NCBI GenBank assembly: GCA_028695135.1
Contig: JAQVJM010000005.1
Location: 1-39,955, forward strand
DNA: 39,955 nucleotides
Source: Candidatus Moraniibacteriota bacterium
GTDB taxonomy: Bacteria; Patescibacteriota; Minisyncoccia; Moranbacterales; UBA9337
Direction of reading: 5' to 3'
Shown here: positions 24,411 to 33,239 of the stretch, piece by piece
Layout of the letters: every line of letters starts with the position of its first letter
Numbering within the stretch: position 1 is the first letter of the stretch
The notes under the pieces: generated by a model
Database searches by the model: none
What the model saw: only the letters and a program-made list of their open reading frames with translations
Told to the model about the DNA's origin: nothing
Translations under genes and position numbers: made by a program

Positions 24411-25379
24411 ATGGACACTGCTAAAAAAAATAAGTTTGATAAGATCCGTTTCGCAATCGCCCCGATGGCCGGAATAACCGATAAAGCTTTCCGCCGAATA
24501 TGCCTTGGGTGGGACGCAGATATTTCTTGGAGCGAAATGGTAAGCTCCGAAGGATTGGTCAGAAATCCCTTGGAGAAGAATAAGTCATTGGAACTGGCCG
24601 AAAAATTCGCAAAATCGGAAAATAATTATTGGGTTCAAATTTTTGGCGCCAATCCCCGATCGATGGCAAAGGCTGCCGGAATAATCGAAAAAGAAATAAA
24701 TCCTTTGGGAATTGATATTAATTTGGGATGTCCGGTAAAGAAGGCTCAGAAGTCCGGATATGGAGCTTGCCAGATGGGAAATATGCCCGCCGTCTTAAAA
24801 ATAGTCGGAGAAATTAAAAAGAACGTGAGAATTCCTCTTTCGCTAAAAACCAGGCTGGGCTTGAATGACCCCGAAGAAATTCTTGGATGGGCGCCGAAAC
24901 TGGAAAAAGCCGGAATTAACCAACTAGTCGTCCACGCCAGGACGCTGAAAGGCATGTTTAAAGATGAGCCAGATTGGAAAGCGGTAAAGAAGCTTAATAA
25001 AATATTAAAAATACCTGTTATTTATAATGGAGGGATAAAATCCCCGCAAAATGCTCTTTTTTATGCCCGAAAAACCGGATGCAAAACATTGATGATAGGC
25101 CGAGCGGCTATCGGAAGGCCTTGGATCTTCAAAGAGATTAAAGAATATTTGAACGATGGAAAAATCATAAAAATTTCTGATGCTGATAAAAAGAAAACTG
25201 TATTGGAACATGCCGCACTGGTTTGCAAATACTACGGAGAAGAAAAATTAATTACATTCAGAACCCATTTGTCAGCTTATCTTAAAGGGACAAAAAACGC
25301 TTCCGAATTGAAATTGAAAGCGGTAAAAATAAAAAATTTTTCCGATATAGAAAATTTGGTTGGCAAAATAAGATTCTAG
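24411..25379 (+). CDS. dus: tRNA-dihydrouridine synthase
   Basis: IAPMAGITDKAFRRIC, INLGCPVKK (catalytic Cys) and HARTLKGMF are typical Dus TIM-barrel motifs. Confidence 0.9.
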   Translation: MDTAKKNKFDKIRFAIAPMAGITDKAFRRICLGWDADISWSEMVSSEGLVRNPLEKNKSLELAEKFAKSENNYWVQIFGANPRSMAKAAGIIEKEINPLGIDINLGCPVKKAQKSGYGACQMGNMPAVLKIVGEIKKNVRIPLSLKTRLGLNDPEEILGWAPKLEKAGINQLVVHARTLKGMFKDEPDWKAVKKLNKILKIPVIYNGGIKSPQNALFYARKTGCKTLMIGRAAIGRPWIFKEIKEYLNDGKIIKISDADKKKTVLEHAALVCKYYGEEKLITFRTHLSAYLKGTKNASELKLKAVKIKNFSDIENLVGKIRF

Positions 25380-25411
25380 CCGATCTTCGAGCCTCGCGCT
25401 TTGCGCTTTCC

Positions 25412-26482
25412 CTAGATATCTCTTTTGGCCATATAATCCGCTATGGCTGAAAGGAAATTTTTTGCCCTTTTGTCGAATTCAATCTTTTCAATATGAGACT
25501 TGCCTTCTTCAACAAGTTCTTGCGTTTTTTCTTTCGCGTAATCCAACGCGCCGGTATCTATTATTATTTTTCTAAACTCCCTTATTTCATCACCTGTTAT
25601 ATTTTCTTTTCCCAACAATTTTTCCAGCCTTTTTCTTCTGTTTTCATCGGCATTTTCTAAAGCTTTTACGACTAATATCGTCTGCTTACCTTCTCTGATA
25701 TCGGAACCTACGGGTTTTCCTATTTTTTTCTCTGAACCGAATATTCCAAGTATATCATCCTGGATTTGGAAAGCTACGCCTATCGGAACCGAAAATTTCG
25801 TTATTTCTTCCAATATTTTTCCACCAGCGCCTCCCAGTATGGCTCCCAGATGCAAGGGTCCTTCGATAGTATATTTGGCGGTCTTATTTTTGTATATGTC
25901 CATCACTTCTTTTTCAAGAGCCTTTCTTCTGTATTCGGTTATGACATCCTGGGCTTCTCCGATCGCTACAGTAGCTACTATTCCTTGCAATTTTTTCAAA
26001 GCTTCGACTATCAAACTGGGAGGAAAATCAGAATTATAAATAACCCTGTTGCCAATAGCGCCGACTATGTCTCCGACAATTATTCCCATGGAATTTCCGA
26101 AATGCTTGGCATTATTCCCTATGCCCGGAAAAAATTTACCTGTCTTTTCATATTTTTTATGTATTGTTTCCACTCCGTGCCTCTTGGAATCATTATCTAT
26201 TATATCGTCGTGGATCAATAGAAATATGTGAATAAGCTCGATACTCACGGATGTTTTTATTATTTCTTTTTCCCTTTTTCCTCCAACTCCTTTATAGCCC
26301 CAATACATAAGAGCCGGGCGGAGCCTTTTGCCTCCGGAAAGAGTGATTTTCTTGACCTGCTCCAAAGAATCGGTGATTATTTTACCTTCTTTTTTGGAAG
26401 CTTCGATCATTTCGTCCAAGACCTTTTCGATTTCCGGATCTATTTTTTTTCTAAATTCTTTTAAATCTTTTTTTACATCCAT
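25412..26482 (-). CDS. trans-Polyprenyl diphosphate synthase (FPP/GGPP synthase family)
   Basis: First Asp-rich motif LIHDDIIDNDSKRHG; second motif FQIQDDILGIFG ... GKPVGSDIREGK. Start placed at ATG 26480-26482, because the ORF-track start at 26488 is a TTG. Confidence 0.88.
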   Translation of the reverse strand: MDVKKDLKEFRKKIDPEIEKVLDEMIEASKKEGKIITDSLEQVKKITLSGGKRLRPALMYWGYKGVGGKREKEIIKTSVSIELIHIFLLIHDDIIDNDSKRHGVETIHKKYEKTGKFFPGIGNNAKHFGNSMGIIVGDIVGAIGNRVIYNSDFPPSLIVEALKKLQGIVATVAIGEAQDVITEYRRKALEKEVMDIYKNKTAKYTIEGPLHLGAILGGAGGKILEEITKFSVPIGVAFQIQDDILGIFGSEKKIGKPVGSDIREGKQTILVVKALENADENRRKRLEKLLGKENITGDEIREFRKIIIDTGALDYAKEKTQELVEEGKSHIEKIEFDKRAKNFLSAIADYMAKRDI

Positions 26483-26521
26483 AAACAAAAAAATAATTAA
26501 AATACAAAAATATTTTCAGTT

Positions 26522-28396
26522 TTATCTTTTATGGTCTTTGAAATACCAGTCATAAACTTCTTTAGTGACCGGAACCGTATTATATGTTTCATCTTCTTGT
26601 CCCTCCACCAATACGACCATGGCTATTTCCGGATTATCAAAAGGCGCAAAAGAGGAAAACCAGCCATAAGTTTTGTCCGCGCTTCCATACTGGGCGGTTC
26701 CCGTTTTGCCGGCCACTTCTACGGGCAAATCATTCAGGGAGGCCGCTGAACCATCGGTAACTGTCATTCGCATCCCCTCTCTTACTATTTCAAGAGTCTT
26801 TTCGTCCACGAATCCTTCCCTGATAATTTCCGGCTTGTTATCAGTCAGCCGATCGCCTTTTTTTATTTGAGAAACTACTCTCGGTTTGTAAAGAGTGCCT
26901 CCATTGGCTATCGCTGACACGCTATTGGCTATCTGGAGAGGCGTGGCGGTAATATATCCTTGTCCTATTGATGCGTGGTAAGTATTTCCGATATACCATT
27001 TTTCTCCCAACTCTTTCTCTTTCCATTCGGGAGTCGGCAAAAATCCATCCGCTTCTCCGGGCAGATCTATTCCCGTCGGACTGCCGTATCCGAAAAGCTC
27101 GGCATATTCTTTTATTTTTTCTATCCCGACCCCCCTGATATTTCCATATCCTCCCCCGATAGAGTAGAAATAAACATCGCTGGAAACAGCTATGGCTCTG
27201 CGGATATCGGTAAATCCATGAGCTTTCCAGTCTCCGAAAAACCAGCTTCCCACGCTTATCCCGCCTCTGCTCTCTATTTGAGTATGCTCGTCCACGACCC
27301 TTTCTGTCAAGGCTGCTGTAGCCACAACGGGCTTAAAAGTGGAGCCGGGAGCATATTCTCCCGATACCGCTCTGTCAAACATCGGCTTTTCCGGATCTTC
27401 GGCCAATTTTGAATATTCCTCGCCGGATATTCCCTTGGAAAACAAATTATTGTCAAAACTTGGTATATTGATGATTGATAGAACCGCTCCGTTTCTGGGA
27501 TCCAGCGCAACAGCGGCTCCTGATTTGAGATTATTTTTTTCAAGAATTGATGACAAACTGTCAAATATCTTTTTTTGCAATTGGGAATCTATGTTTAAGA
27601 TCAAATCGCTGCCCGGTTCCGGATTTGATATTCCCAGCTCCCTCACAGTCTCGCCTAAAGAATTGACTTCCATATTGATCTTACCATACCTGCCTCTAAG
27701 ATATCCTTCATAATATTTTTCCAGACCTCTTTTTCCTATATAATCCGTCGGTAAATAATCCGGATTTTTTTCCAAATCCTCTTTTTGCACTATTCCTTCA
27801 TATCCCAAGATATGAGAAAAAATAAGGCTGTCCGTATATTCACGAATGGCTTTTTGCTGGACTCTTATCCCTGGAAGAATTTTTATATTCTCTATGATCA
27901 GAAGAGCTTCTTCTTGGGATATATTTTTGGAAAGCAATATGGGATTATTATTTTCAACGCTATTTATCTTCTGGGATAAATCATCATATTTATCGGGAAA
28001 TGTCTTTTTAATCCCCTCCAATAATATGTTTTTTTTAGATTCATCATTGGAAAAATCGCTTGGGAAGAAAATAATGTCCAAGCTGGGCACATTATTGACA
28101 AGAGCTTCCCCAAAACGATCATAGATTTTCCCTCGAGGAGCGTTTATAAAAATCTGACGTATCCTGTTTCCATTGGCAATTTCCTCATAATAAGATCCCT
28201 TCACTATCCCCAGATAAGCCGTCCTTCCAAAAAGAGTAGCCAGCACCAGGACTAAAATCATCCAAAAAAAATTTAACAAACGCTTGTTGAAAGGCTTTTC
28301 TATTTTTGCGATATCTCCTTCCGTCATAATGGCGGAGTCGGCTATTTCATCAAGGTCTCCCCTATTTTTCAGATTATATTTCCATTTTTTAAACAT
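26522..28396 (-). CDS. mrdA: Penicillin-binding protein 2 (elongasome D,D-transpeptidase)
   Basis: N-terminal TM helix; SxxK as PGSTFKP; SSD; KTGTAQ. The gene lies immediately downstream of mreBCD. Confidence 0.9.
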   Translation of the reverse strand: MFKKWKYNLKNRGDLDEIADSAIMTEGDIAKIEKPFNKRLLNFFWMILVLVLATLFGRTAYLGIVKGSYYEEIANGNRIRQIFINAPRGKIYDRFGEALVNNVPSLDIIFFPSDFSNDESKKNILLEGIKKTFPDKYDDLSQKINSVENNNPILLSKNISQEEALLIIENIKILPGIRVQQKAIREYTDSLIFSHILGYEGIVQKEDLEKNPDYLPTDYIGKRGLEKYYEGYLRGRYGKINMEVNSLGETVRELGISNPEPGSDLILNIDSQLQKKIFDSLSSILEKNNLKSGAAVALDPRNGAVLSIINIPSFDNNLFSKGISGEEYSKLAEDPEKPMFDRAVSGEYAPGSTFKPVVATAALTERVVDEHTQIESRGGISVGSWFFGDWKAHGFTDIRRAIAVSSDVYFYSIGGGYGNIRGVGIEKIKEYAELFGYGSPTGIDLPGEADGFLPTPEWKEKELGEKWYIGNTYHASIGQGYITATPLQIANSVSAIANGGTLYKPRVVSQIKKGDRLTDNKPEIIREGFVDEKTLEIVREGMRMTVTDGSAASLNDLPVEVAGKTGTAQYGSADKTYGWFSSFAPFDNPEIAMVVLVEGQEDETYNTVPVTKEVYDWYFKDHKR

Positions 28397-28399
28397 AAT

Positions 28400-28939
28400 T
28401 TAAGAAAAAACTTTTATTTTATTTTCGTATTTTTCAATATTTCTTTCCACTTTATTCAACAAGACATAGACGGGGTAAAATAATAAAATATTTACTGCTC
28501 CCTGCAACAAAATATCATTCCATGCCGAAAAATCATTTTTTGCCATCAGATAAGTTTCATATATGGAAAAATTTTCCCGGAAAAAAATCCTTCCCAGATC
28601 CAAAAATGGAAACCCTGCGAAAATAAAAAAGGTTATGACGATCATCCCCGCCAATTTTTTCTCTATTAAAAATCTCCTGGAAAAAAAACTCATAAGATAA
28701 GCCAGAAATATAAAGGATATCACGTTGACTCCCACTTTTTCGAAAGAAAAAAGATCGGAAAAAATTCCCAGCGTTACGATCCATGGCCAAATTTTTTCAA
28801 AACCGGCTATCGCGACCCATGCCAAAACAGCCAAGGGGATCAGGTTTATATTCAGATTGCCGGAAACCAGGCTCACAAAACTGCCTTGGAAAGAAACAAT
28901 CATGATTATTATCGCCAATCTTATAAAAAAACTTCTCAT
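28400..28939 (-). CDS. mreD: Rod shape-determining protein MreD
   Basis: A small membrane protein with 5 TM helices. Its start overlaps the mreC stop (TAATG). Its position between mreC and mrdA is canonical. Confidence 0.7.
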   Translation of the reverse strand: MRSFFIRLAIIIMIVSFQGSFVSLVSGNLNINLIPLAVLAWVAIAGFEKIWPWIVTLGIFSDLFSFEKVGVNVISFIFLAYLMSFFSRRFLIEKKLAGMIVITFFIFAGFPFLDLGRIFFRENFSIYETYLMAKNDFSAWNDILLQGAVNILLFYPVYVLLNKVERNIEKYENKIKVFS

Positions 28940-29751
28940 TATTTCTCGTTTCTAATTACAAAAACAAAGCGCATTTTGGAAAAATCAACCGGAGAAGAGA
29001 TGACTGCCTGCTGGAAAAGATATCCTCCCGAGGGATAGACTTCTTTTATTTTTCCTATCAGAAGCCCCCTTGGAATATTTTGGCTGATCTCAGAAGTTAT
29101 GACATCATCTCCAATCTTCAGATAATCCGTCTGCAGCACCATATCCAGAATCATTCCCAGGCCATATTTCCCACTAACCACTCCGATGGATCCTGTTTCA
29201 AGAGTCACAGCGTTTATGTTGCTATTGGGACTGGTAACCAACAAAACCTTAGAATGGGTATAAAAAACTTCTTCAATTTTTCCAATTAATATTCCTTCAT
29301 TAACTATTGCCGGCATCCCTTCTTTTATCCCATCCTTAGAGCCCTTATCGATAACGAAATAATTGCTTTCTTTATGCAAGTCCCTTCCTATTATGTTGGA
29401 TGAAATCATATCAAACTTTTCTTTGGGAAGAATTTCAAGCTGTTTTCTCAATTCATCATTTTCTTTGGCTACATCTTTCAAATTGGCGGTCTCAGCTCTC
29501 AAGCGCAAATTTTCTCTTATTAAACTCTCGTTTTCCTGCTTGTATTTTCCGATGGAAGAAATCGAGCTTCCGAACGAATGAATTTTTTCAGCCGAAACCG
29601 AAAAAATTTTTTGGAAAGGATAAACGGCGCCAAAGACAGCCCCTCTGATCCCATTGAAGAAACCGAGAGGATTTAATATTATCAGAAAAACAAAAATAGC
29701 TATGACAACCGCAGTCTTGAATATTTTTCTGGATCTAATTTTTTTTAACAT
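28939..29751 (-). CDS. mreC: Rod shape-determining protein MreC
   Basis: N-terminal TM helix; coiled coil (ENESLIRENLRLRAETANLKD...ENDELRKQLE); and a C-terminal beta-domain, directly after mreB. Confidence 0.85.
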   Translation of the reverse strand: MLKKIRSRKIFKTAVVIAIFVFLIILNPLGFFNGIRGAVFGAVYPFQKIFSVSAEKIHSFGSSISSIGKYKQENESLIRENLRLRAETANLKDVAKENDELRKQLEILPKEKFDMISSNIIGRDLHKESNYFVIDKGSKDGIKEGMPAIVNEGILIGKIEEVFYTHSKVLLVTSPNSNINAVTLETGSIGVVSGKYGLGMILDMVLQTDYLKIGDDVITSEISQNIPRGLLIGKIKEVYPSGGYLFQQAVISSPVDFSKMRFVFVIRNEK

Positions 29752-29758
29752 AAAAAAA

Positions 29759-30847
29759 TTATCTTAAAGGACTGTCGTCATATTGATTGGCCGACAATAT
29801 TTCCTTCAAATTTTCTATGTCCTCCAAAACTATCCCCGTTCCCCTGGCTACCGCCGTGAGAGGATCTTCCATGGTTCGCACCGACATTCCAGTCTGATTG
29901 GCGATAAGCTTATCCAGCCCTTTAATCAAGCTTCCGCCACCAGCCAAAATTATTCCTCTTTGCATAATATCAGAAATCAGTTCAGGAGGAGTGTCTTCTA
30001 TTATTGTTTTTATATTGTTTATAATTATCCTTATTGATCTTGAAATCGCTTCCCTGATCTGAGAATCGTCGACTTTTATTTCCTTGGGCAATCCGCTTAC
30101 CAGGTCTCTCCCGCGAATTTTTTTTACGGTTTTTTCGTTCTGCGGGTAAGCACTTCCGATTGATATCTTTATCTCTTCCGCGGTTCTCTCGCCGACCAAA
30201 AGATTAAATTCATCCCGGCAATATCTCACTATATCCTCATTTATTTCATCCCCAGCCACTCTTAAGCTTCTCGAAGCAACGACTCCCCCCAAAGAGATAA
30301 CCGCTATTTCAGAAGTTCCTCCTCCGATGTCGACAATCATATTTCCAGCCGCAGTTGTCACCGGCAAGCGCGCGCCGATAGCAGCCGCCATCGGCTCATC
30401 GATTATAAAAGCTTCCCTGGCTCCGGCGCTTATTGCCGCGTCAATCACCGCTCTTTTTTCAACTTCCGTAACTTCGGAAGGAATGCCGACCAATACCCGC
30501 GGCCTGGAAATCAAAGAAAAAGAATCCTGATGGACTTTGTCAATAAAGTATCTTAGCATTTGCTCAGTAACTTCAAAATCGCTCACCACTCCGTCTACTA
30601 AAGGCCGGGTTGCCACAATATGACTAGGGGTTTTGCCGACCATTTCCCTGGCTTTTTTACCGATAGCCAAGATTTGTCCTGTTTTTTTGTTTACTGCCAC
30701 AACTGAAGGCTCGTTTATGACTATTCCTTTGCCTTTAACATAAACAAGAGTATTGGCTGTTCCCAAATCTATGCCGATATCCTTGGAAATGTTTCCAAAC
30801 ACTTTCCCCAAAATTTTTCTCTGTATTTTTTTTATTTTTTTAAACAT
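29759..30847 (-). CDS. mreB: Rod shape-determining actin homolog MreB
   Basis: GIDLGTANTLVY, DIGGGTSEIAV and LAGGGSLIKGLD motifs. Start placed at ATG 30845-30847, because the ORF-track start at 30889 is a TTG. Confidence 0.93.
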   Translation of the reverse strand: MFKKIKKIQRKILGKVFGNISKDIGIDLGTANTLVYVKGKGIVINEPSVVAVNKKTGQILAIGKKAREMVGKTPSHIVATRPLVDGVVSDFEVTEQMLRYFIDKVHQDSFSLISRPRVLVGIPSEVTEVEKRAVIDAAISAGAREAFIIDEPMAAAIGARLPVTTAAGNMIVDIGGGTSEIAVISLGGVVASRSLRVAGDEINEDIVRYCRDEFNLLVGERTAEEIKISIGSAYPQNEKTVKKIRGRDLVSGLPKEIKVDDSQIREAISRSIRIIINNIKTIIEDTPPELISDIMQRGIILAGGGSLIKGLDKLIANQTGMSVRTMEDPLTAVARGTGIVLEDIENLKEILSANQYDDSPLR

Positions 30848-30912
30848 ATAAAGAAGTCCTCTCAATAACAAAGAGGATTTGAATTTCAAATAGTTTTTAT
30901 TTTTGCCACTAT

Positions 30913-30941
30913 ATAATACCCCATTTCTTTCCGCCTGTCAA
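30913..30941 (-). promoter_or_regulatory. Promoter TTGACA-17-TATTAT for the mreBCD-mrdA operon
   Basis: On the minus strand, the -35 box is at 30936-30941 and the -10 box at 30913-30918. Confidence 0.55.
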
Positions 30942-31039
30942 AAGCGTTTTTCATTTGACTAAAAGGCTTTTAGGGATTAATTTATTATATAATAGCAAAT
31001 TTGAAAATTCAATAATACTATTTTAAAAAGGAGGGATTT

Positions 31040-31219
31040 ATGAAAAATTGCAAGGTTCTCGAAAGAAAGATTTCAGAGCTAGAAGAAAAAAATTTCCAGC
31101 TAAGAGCCCTGGTTGAATGTCTCAAAGAGGAAAATGGCCGCCTAAAGGCCAATTTGGATTTTTACTTGGAATATGCGGATGAAATGGCCTGTCCTCCGGG
31201 AGAAGCTTGCGAAGATTAA
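31040..31219 (+). CDS. Hypothetical 59-aa coiled-coil protein (MKNCKVLERKISELEEKNFQLRALVECLKEENGRLKANLDFYLEYADEMACPPGEACED)
   Basis: Hand translation; the ORF is below the track cutoff. An AGGAGGG SD lies 4 nt (ATTT) before the ATG. The sequence has heptad-like Leu spacing and an acidic Cys-containing tail. Confidence 0.5.
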   Translation: MKNCKVLERKISELEEKNFQLRALVECLKEENGRLKANLDFYLEYADEMACPPGEACED

Positions 31220-31243
31220 AAAATAAATCTAGGGAGGGGATTT

Positions 31244-31510
31244 ATGAGTAAGATAATCGGCATATTATTGTCATTATTTATTTTTCTTTCTGTCCACCCT
31301 TTTCCTTGTTTTTCCTCAAATAATGAAATCTGCGAGGAAAGCGAAGACCGCATTTGTGAAGAATCCTTTTTATATGCTTTTTTTATAGAAAAAAATGAAA
31401 AGGAGGTATATCTCGATTTTGTCTATATCGCGAAAAGATACGTTATTTCCTCAGAAAGACCAGGGGATGATCCTCTATGCGATGAATTTTATAATTTTAA
31501 AGAGGAATAA
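31244..31510 (+). CDS. Hypothetical secreted small protein (88 aa) with an N-terminal signal peptide
   Basis: A GGGAGGGG SD is followed by the same ATTT spacer as the preceding ORF. The N-terminus IIGILLSLFIFLSV is hydrophobic. An internal repeat EICEESEDRICEES is present. Confidence 0.55.
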   Translation: MSKIIGILLSLFIFLSVHPFPCFSSNNEICEESEDRICEESFLYAFFIEKNEKEVYLDFVYIAKRYVISSERPGDDPLCDEFYNFKEE

Positions 31511-31536
31511 AAGCTAAGACGAAAATGATTTGCTGA

Positions 31537-31563
31537 AAAGCGAGGCGAAACCGCCCCGCTTTT
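31537..31563. terminator. Bidirectional terminator between convergent genes
   Basis: AAAGCGAGGCG-AAAC-CGCCCCGCTTT (one mismatch), flanked by A and T runs. Confidence 0.6.
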
Positions 31564-31581
31564 AAAATTTATTTTTTCAAA

Positions 31582-32478
31582 TTAACGGATCATTTTTTCC
31601 GAAATTTCTCCGTCGCTCCTGATCCTCAGCTTGAAGCAATGATCCCCGGCGGGAAATCTCCACTCGTTTTTCAGATAATCATAGATATATCCGTCCTCCG
31701 AAGAATAATTGAACCGGGAACATAATTCATATTCCTTATCGCCCGATATATTATAGATTATTTTTTCCCGGACGTCCTTTTCCAATCCGATATTCTCGAA
31801 CTCTTCGCTTTCCATAAGCTTTCCGTTGTTAAAATAAAAATTTTCTATCCTTTGCCTGGCGTTTTCCATCGCCTCTATTATTTCCCTGTCTTGCTTTTTC
31901 TCCCGAGTGACTCTGGGGCTATCCACTATCGCAAAGCCGGTCGCCACCGCCGAAAAAGCGATAAGAAGGGACAGGGAAAAATAAATGTCAAAGACTTTTT
32001 TTGAAAAGGATGCCCGCTTTATCTCCCAGAAATAAAAAGCGAACATAAGGGCGGAGATTGCAAGGAAAACAAGAGTCTTTAAAAATGAAACTTCAGCCAG
32101 CTCTCCATTGAGATATCCGAAAAGGAGCGAAACCAAGCTCCCGATGCTCATGGCGAAAAAGACAAAAATCGCCAGATAGCTTATCGCTTTCCTGATTCCG
32201 GAATCAGGCTCTATTTCTCCTTTGGCAAGCTTGTTGTTTATTATGAACAAGATGGAATAATATGCCGGAATGGCAATCACCAGAGATGCGATTGCCGAGC
32301 GCAAAGATTCCTGATAGAAGGATTCGACCGCGGATTCAAACGTTTTGTCTATAAGGGCAAAAAACGACCCGACGGCTCCAAAAACCACGAATCCCAGAGA
32401 AAAAAACATCGCCAGATAAAGAAATAGATGAAAAGCCGGATTTGTTTTCTCACTGTTTTTAGATATACTGTTTTTCAT
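31582..32478 (-). CDS. DUF5671-type membrane protein with a C-terminal soluble domain
   Basis: The N-terminal part of about 170 aa has 5-6 TM helices and the signature ...GIRKAISYLAIFVFF...LNGELAEVSFLKTLVFLAISALMFAFYFWEIKR, as I remember it for DUF5671. Confidence 0.55.
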   Translation of the reverse strand: MKNSISKNSEKTNPAFHLFLYLAMFFSLGFVVFGAVGSFFALIDKTFESAVESFYQESLRSAIASLVIAIPAYYSILFIINNKLAKGEIEPDSGIRKAISYLAIFVFFAMSIGSLVSLLFGYLNGELAEVSFLKTLVFLAISALMFAFYFWEIKRASFSKKVFDIYFSLSLLIAFSAVATGFAIVDSPRVTREKKQDREIIEAMENARQRIENFYFNNGKLMESEEFENIGLEKDVREKIIYNISGDKEYELCSRFNYSSEDGYIYDYLKNEWRFPAGDHCFKLRIRSDGEISEKMIR

Positions 32479-32598
32479 ATTTTTCTATTAACGATTATTT
32501 ATTGCTATTCTAGCAGACTTACAGAAAAATAAATAGAGGCCGAAACTTTTTTAGTATCAGCCTCCTCATCTTAAAATCCTTAAGCGAAATTTATTATT

Positions 32599-33066
32599 CT
32601 AGGATTTTCCTCCTGTGAGCCTTTTGTTCTCTTTTCTGCATCTAGGGTCGGCCGTTGCACTGCTTGATAGAGACATCACCCTCAAAATGATGTGAAAAAC
32701 GGAAGGATCGACCTCCAGCGGTCTGCCTTGAAAAATAAATATTTTATCAGGCTCGCTCACCATCCATCTTGCGCAAACCGGAGAATCATTTATCTCCAAA
32801 TAATTATTTTGGAAATTCATTGATAAGATATTGACACTTTTTCCGGGCCAGAAGCAAAAGGCTCCGTTTATGTTTTTCCACTCTTCAAGATATATCAATC
32901 CTCCATTCATTGTGTTTCTATCCCAGGATATGTCTCTCGCTTTTATTCTTTTTCTCGGGGATGACTCTGAATAGATTCTGCCTACTCCATAATCACAAGA
33001 CAGGTCGTTAAAAATAATTTCCAGGATATTTTTTGCGTAAAAAAACTCTTTTTGCGTGGAAATCAT
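32599..33066 (-). CDS. Hypothetical protein (155 aa from MISTQKEFF)
   Basis: An AAGGAGA SD lies 5 nt before ATG 33064-33066. The gene is divergent from ORF 33240-33617. There is no recognisable domain. Confidence 0.5.
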   Translation of the reverse strand: MISTQKEFFYAKNILEIIFNDLSCDYGVGRIYSESSPRKRIKARDISWDRNTMNGGLIYLEEWKNINGAFCFWPGKSVNILSMNFQNNYLEINDSPVCARWMVSEPDKIFIFQGRPLEVDPSVFHIILRVMSLSSSATADPRCRKENKRLTGGKS

Positions 33067-33157
33067 GTCTTTCTCCTTTTGTCTTATATTTTTAATATGC
33101 TGTCTTCGTGTCAAAAAGACTATCAATTTTATACCTCAACTGTCAATAGAAAAATAT

Positions 33158-33186
33158 TTGACTTTCAACAAAAATTTTCATAATAT
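33158..33186 (+). promoter_or_regulatory. Promoter TTGACT-17-TAATAT for ORF 33240-33617
   Basis: The -35 box is at 33158-33163 and the -10 box at 33181-33186. The motif AATATT-G-AATATT (33182-33194) overlaps the -10 box and the predicted +1 position. Confidence 0.55.
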
Positions 33187-33239
33187 TGAATATTGGAATG
33201 GCCGATGATAGATTTGCAAACTTCCAAGGAGGGAAAATT

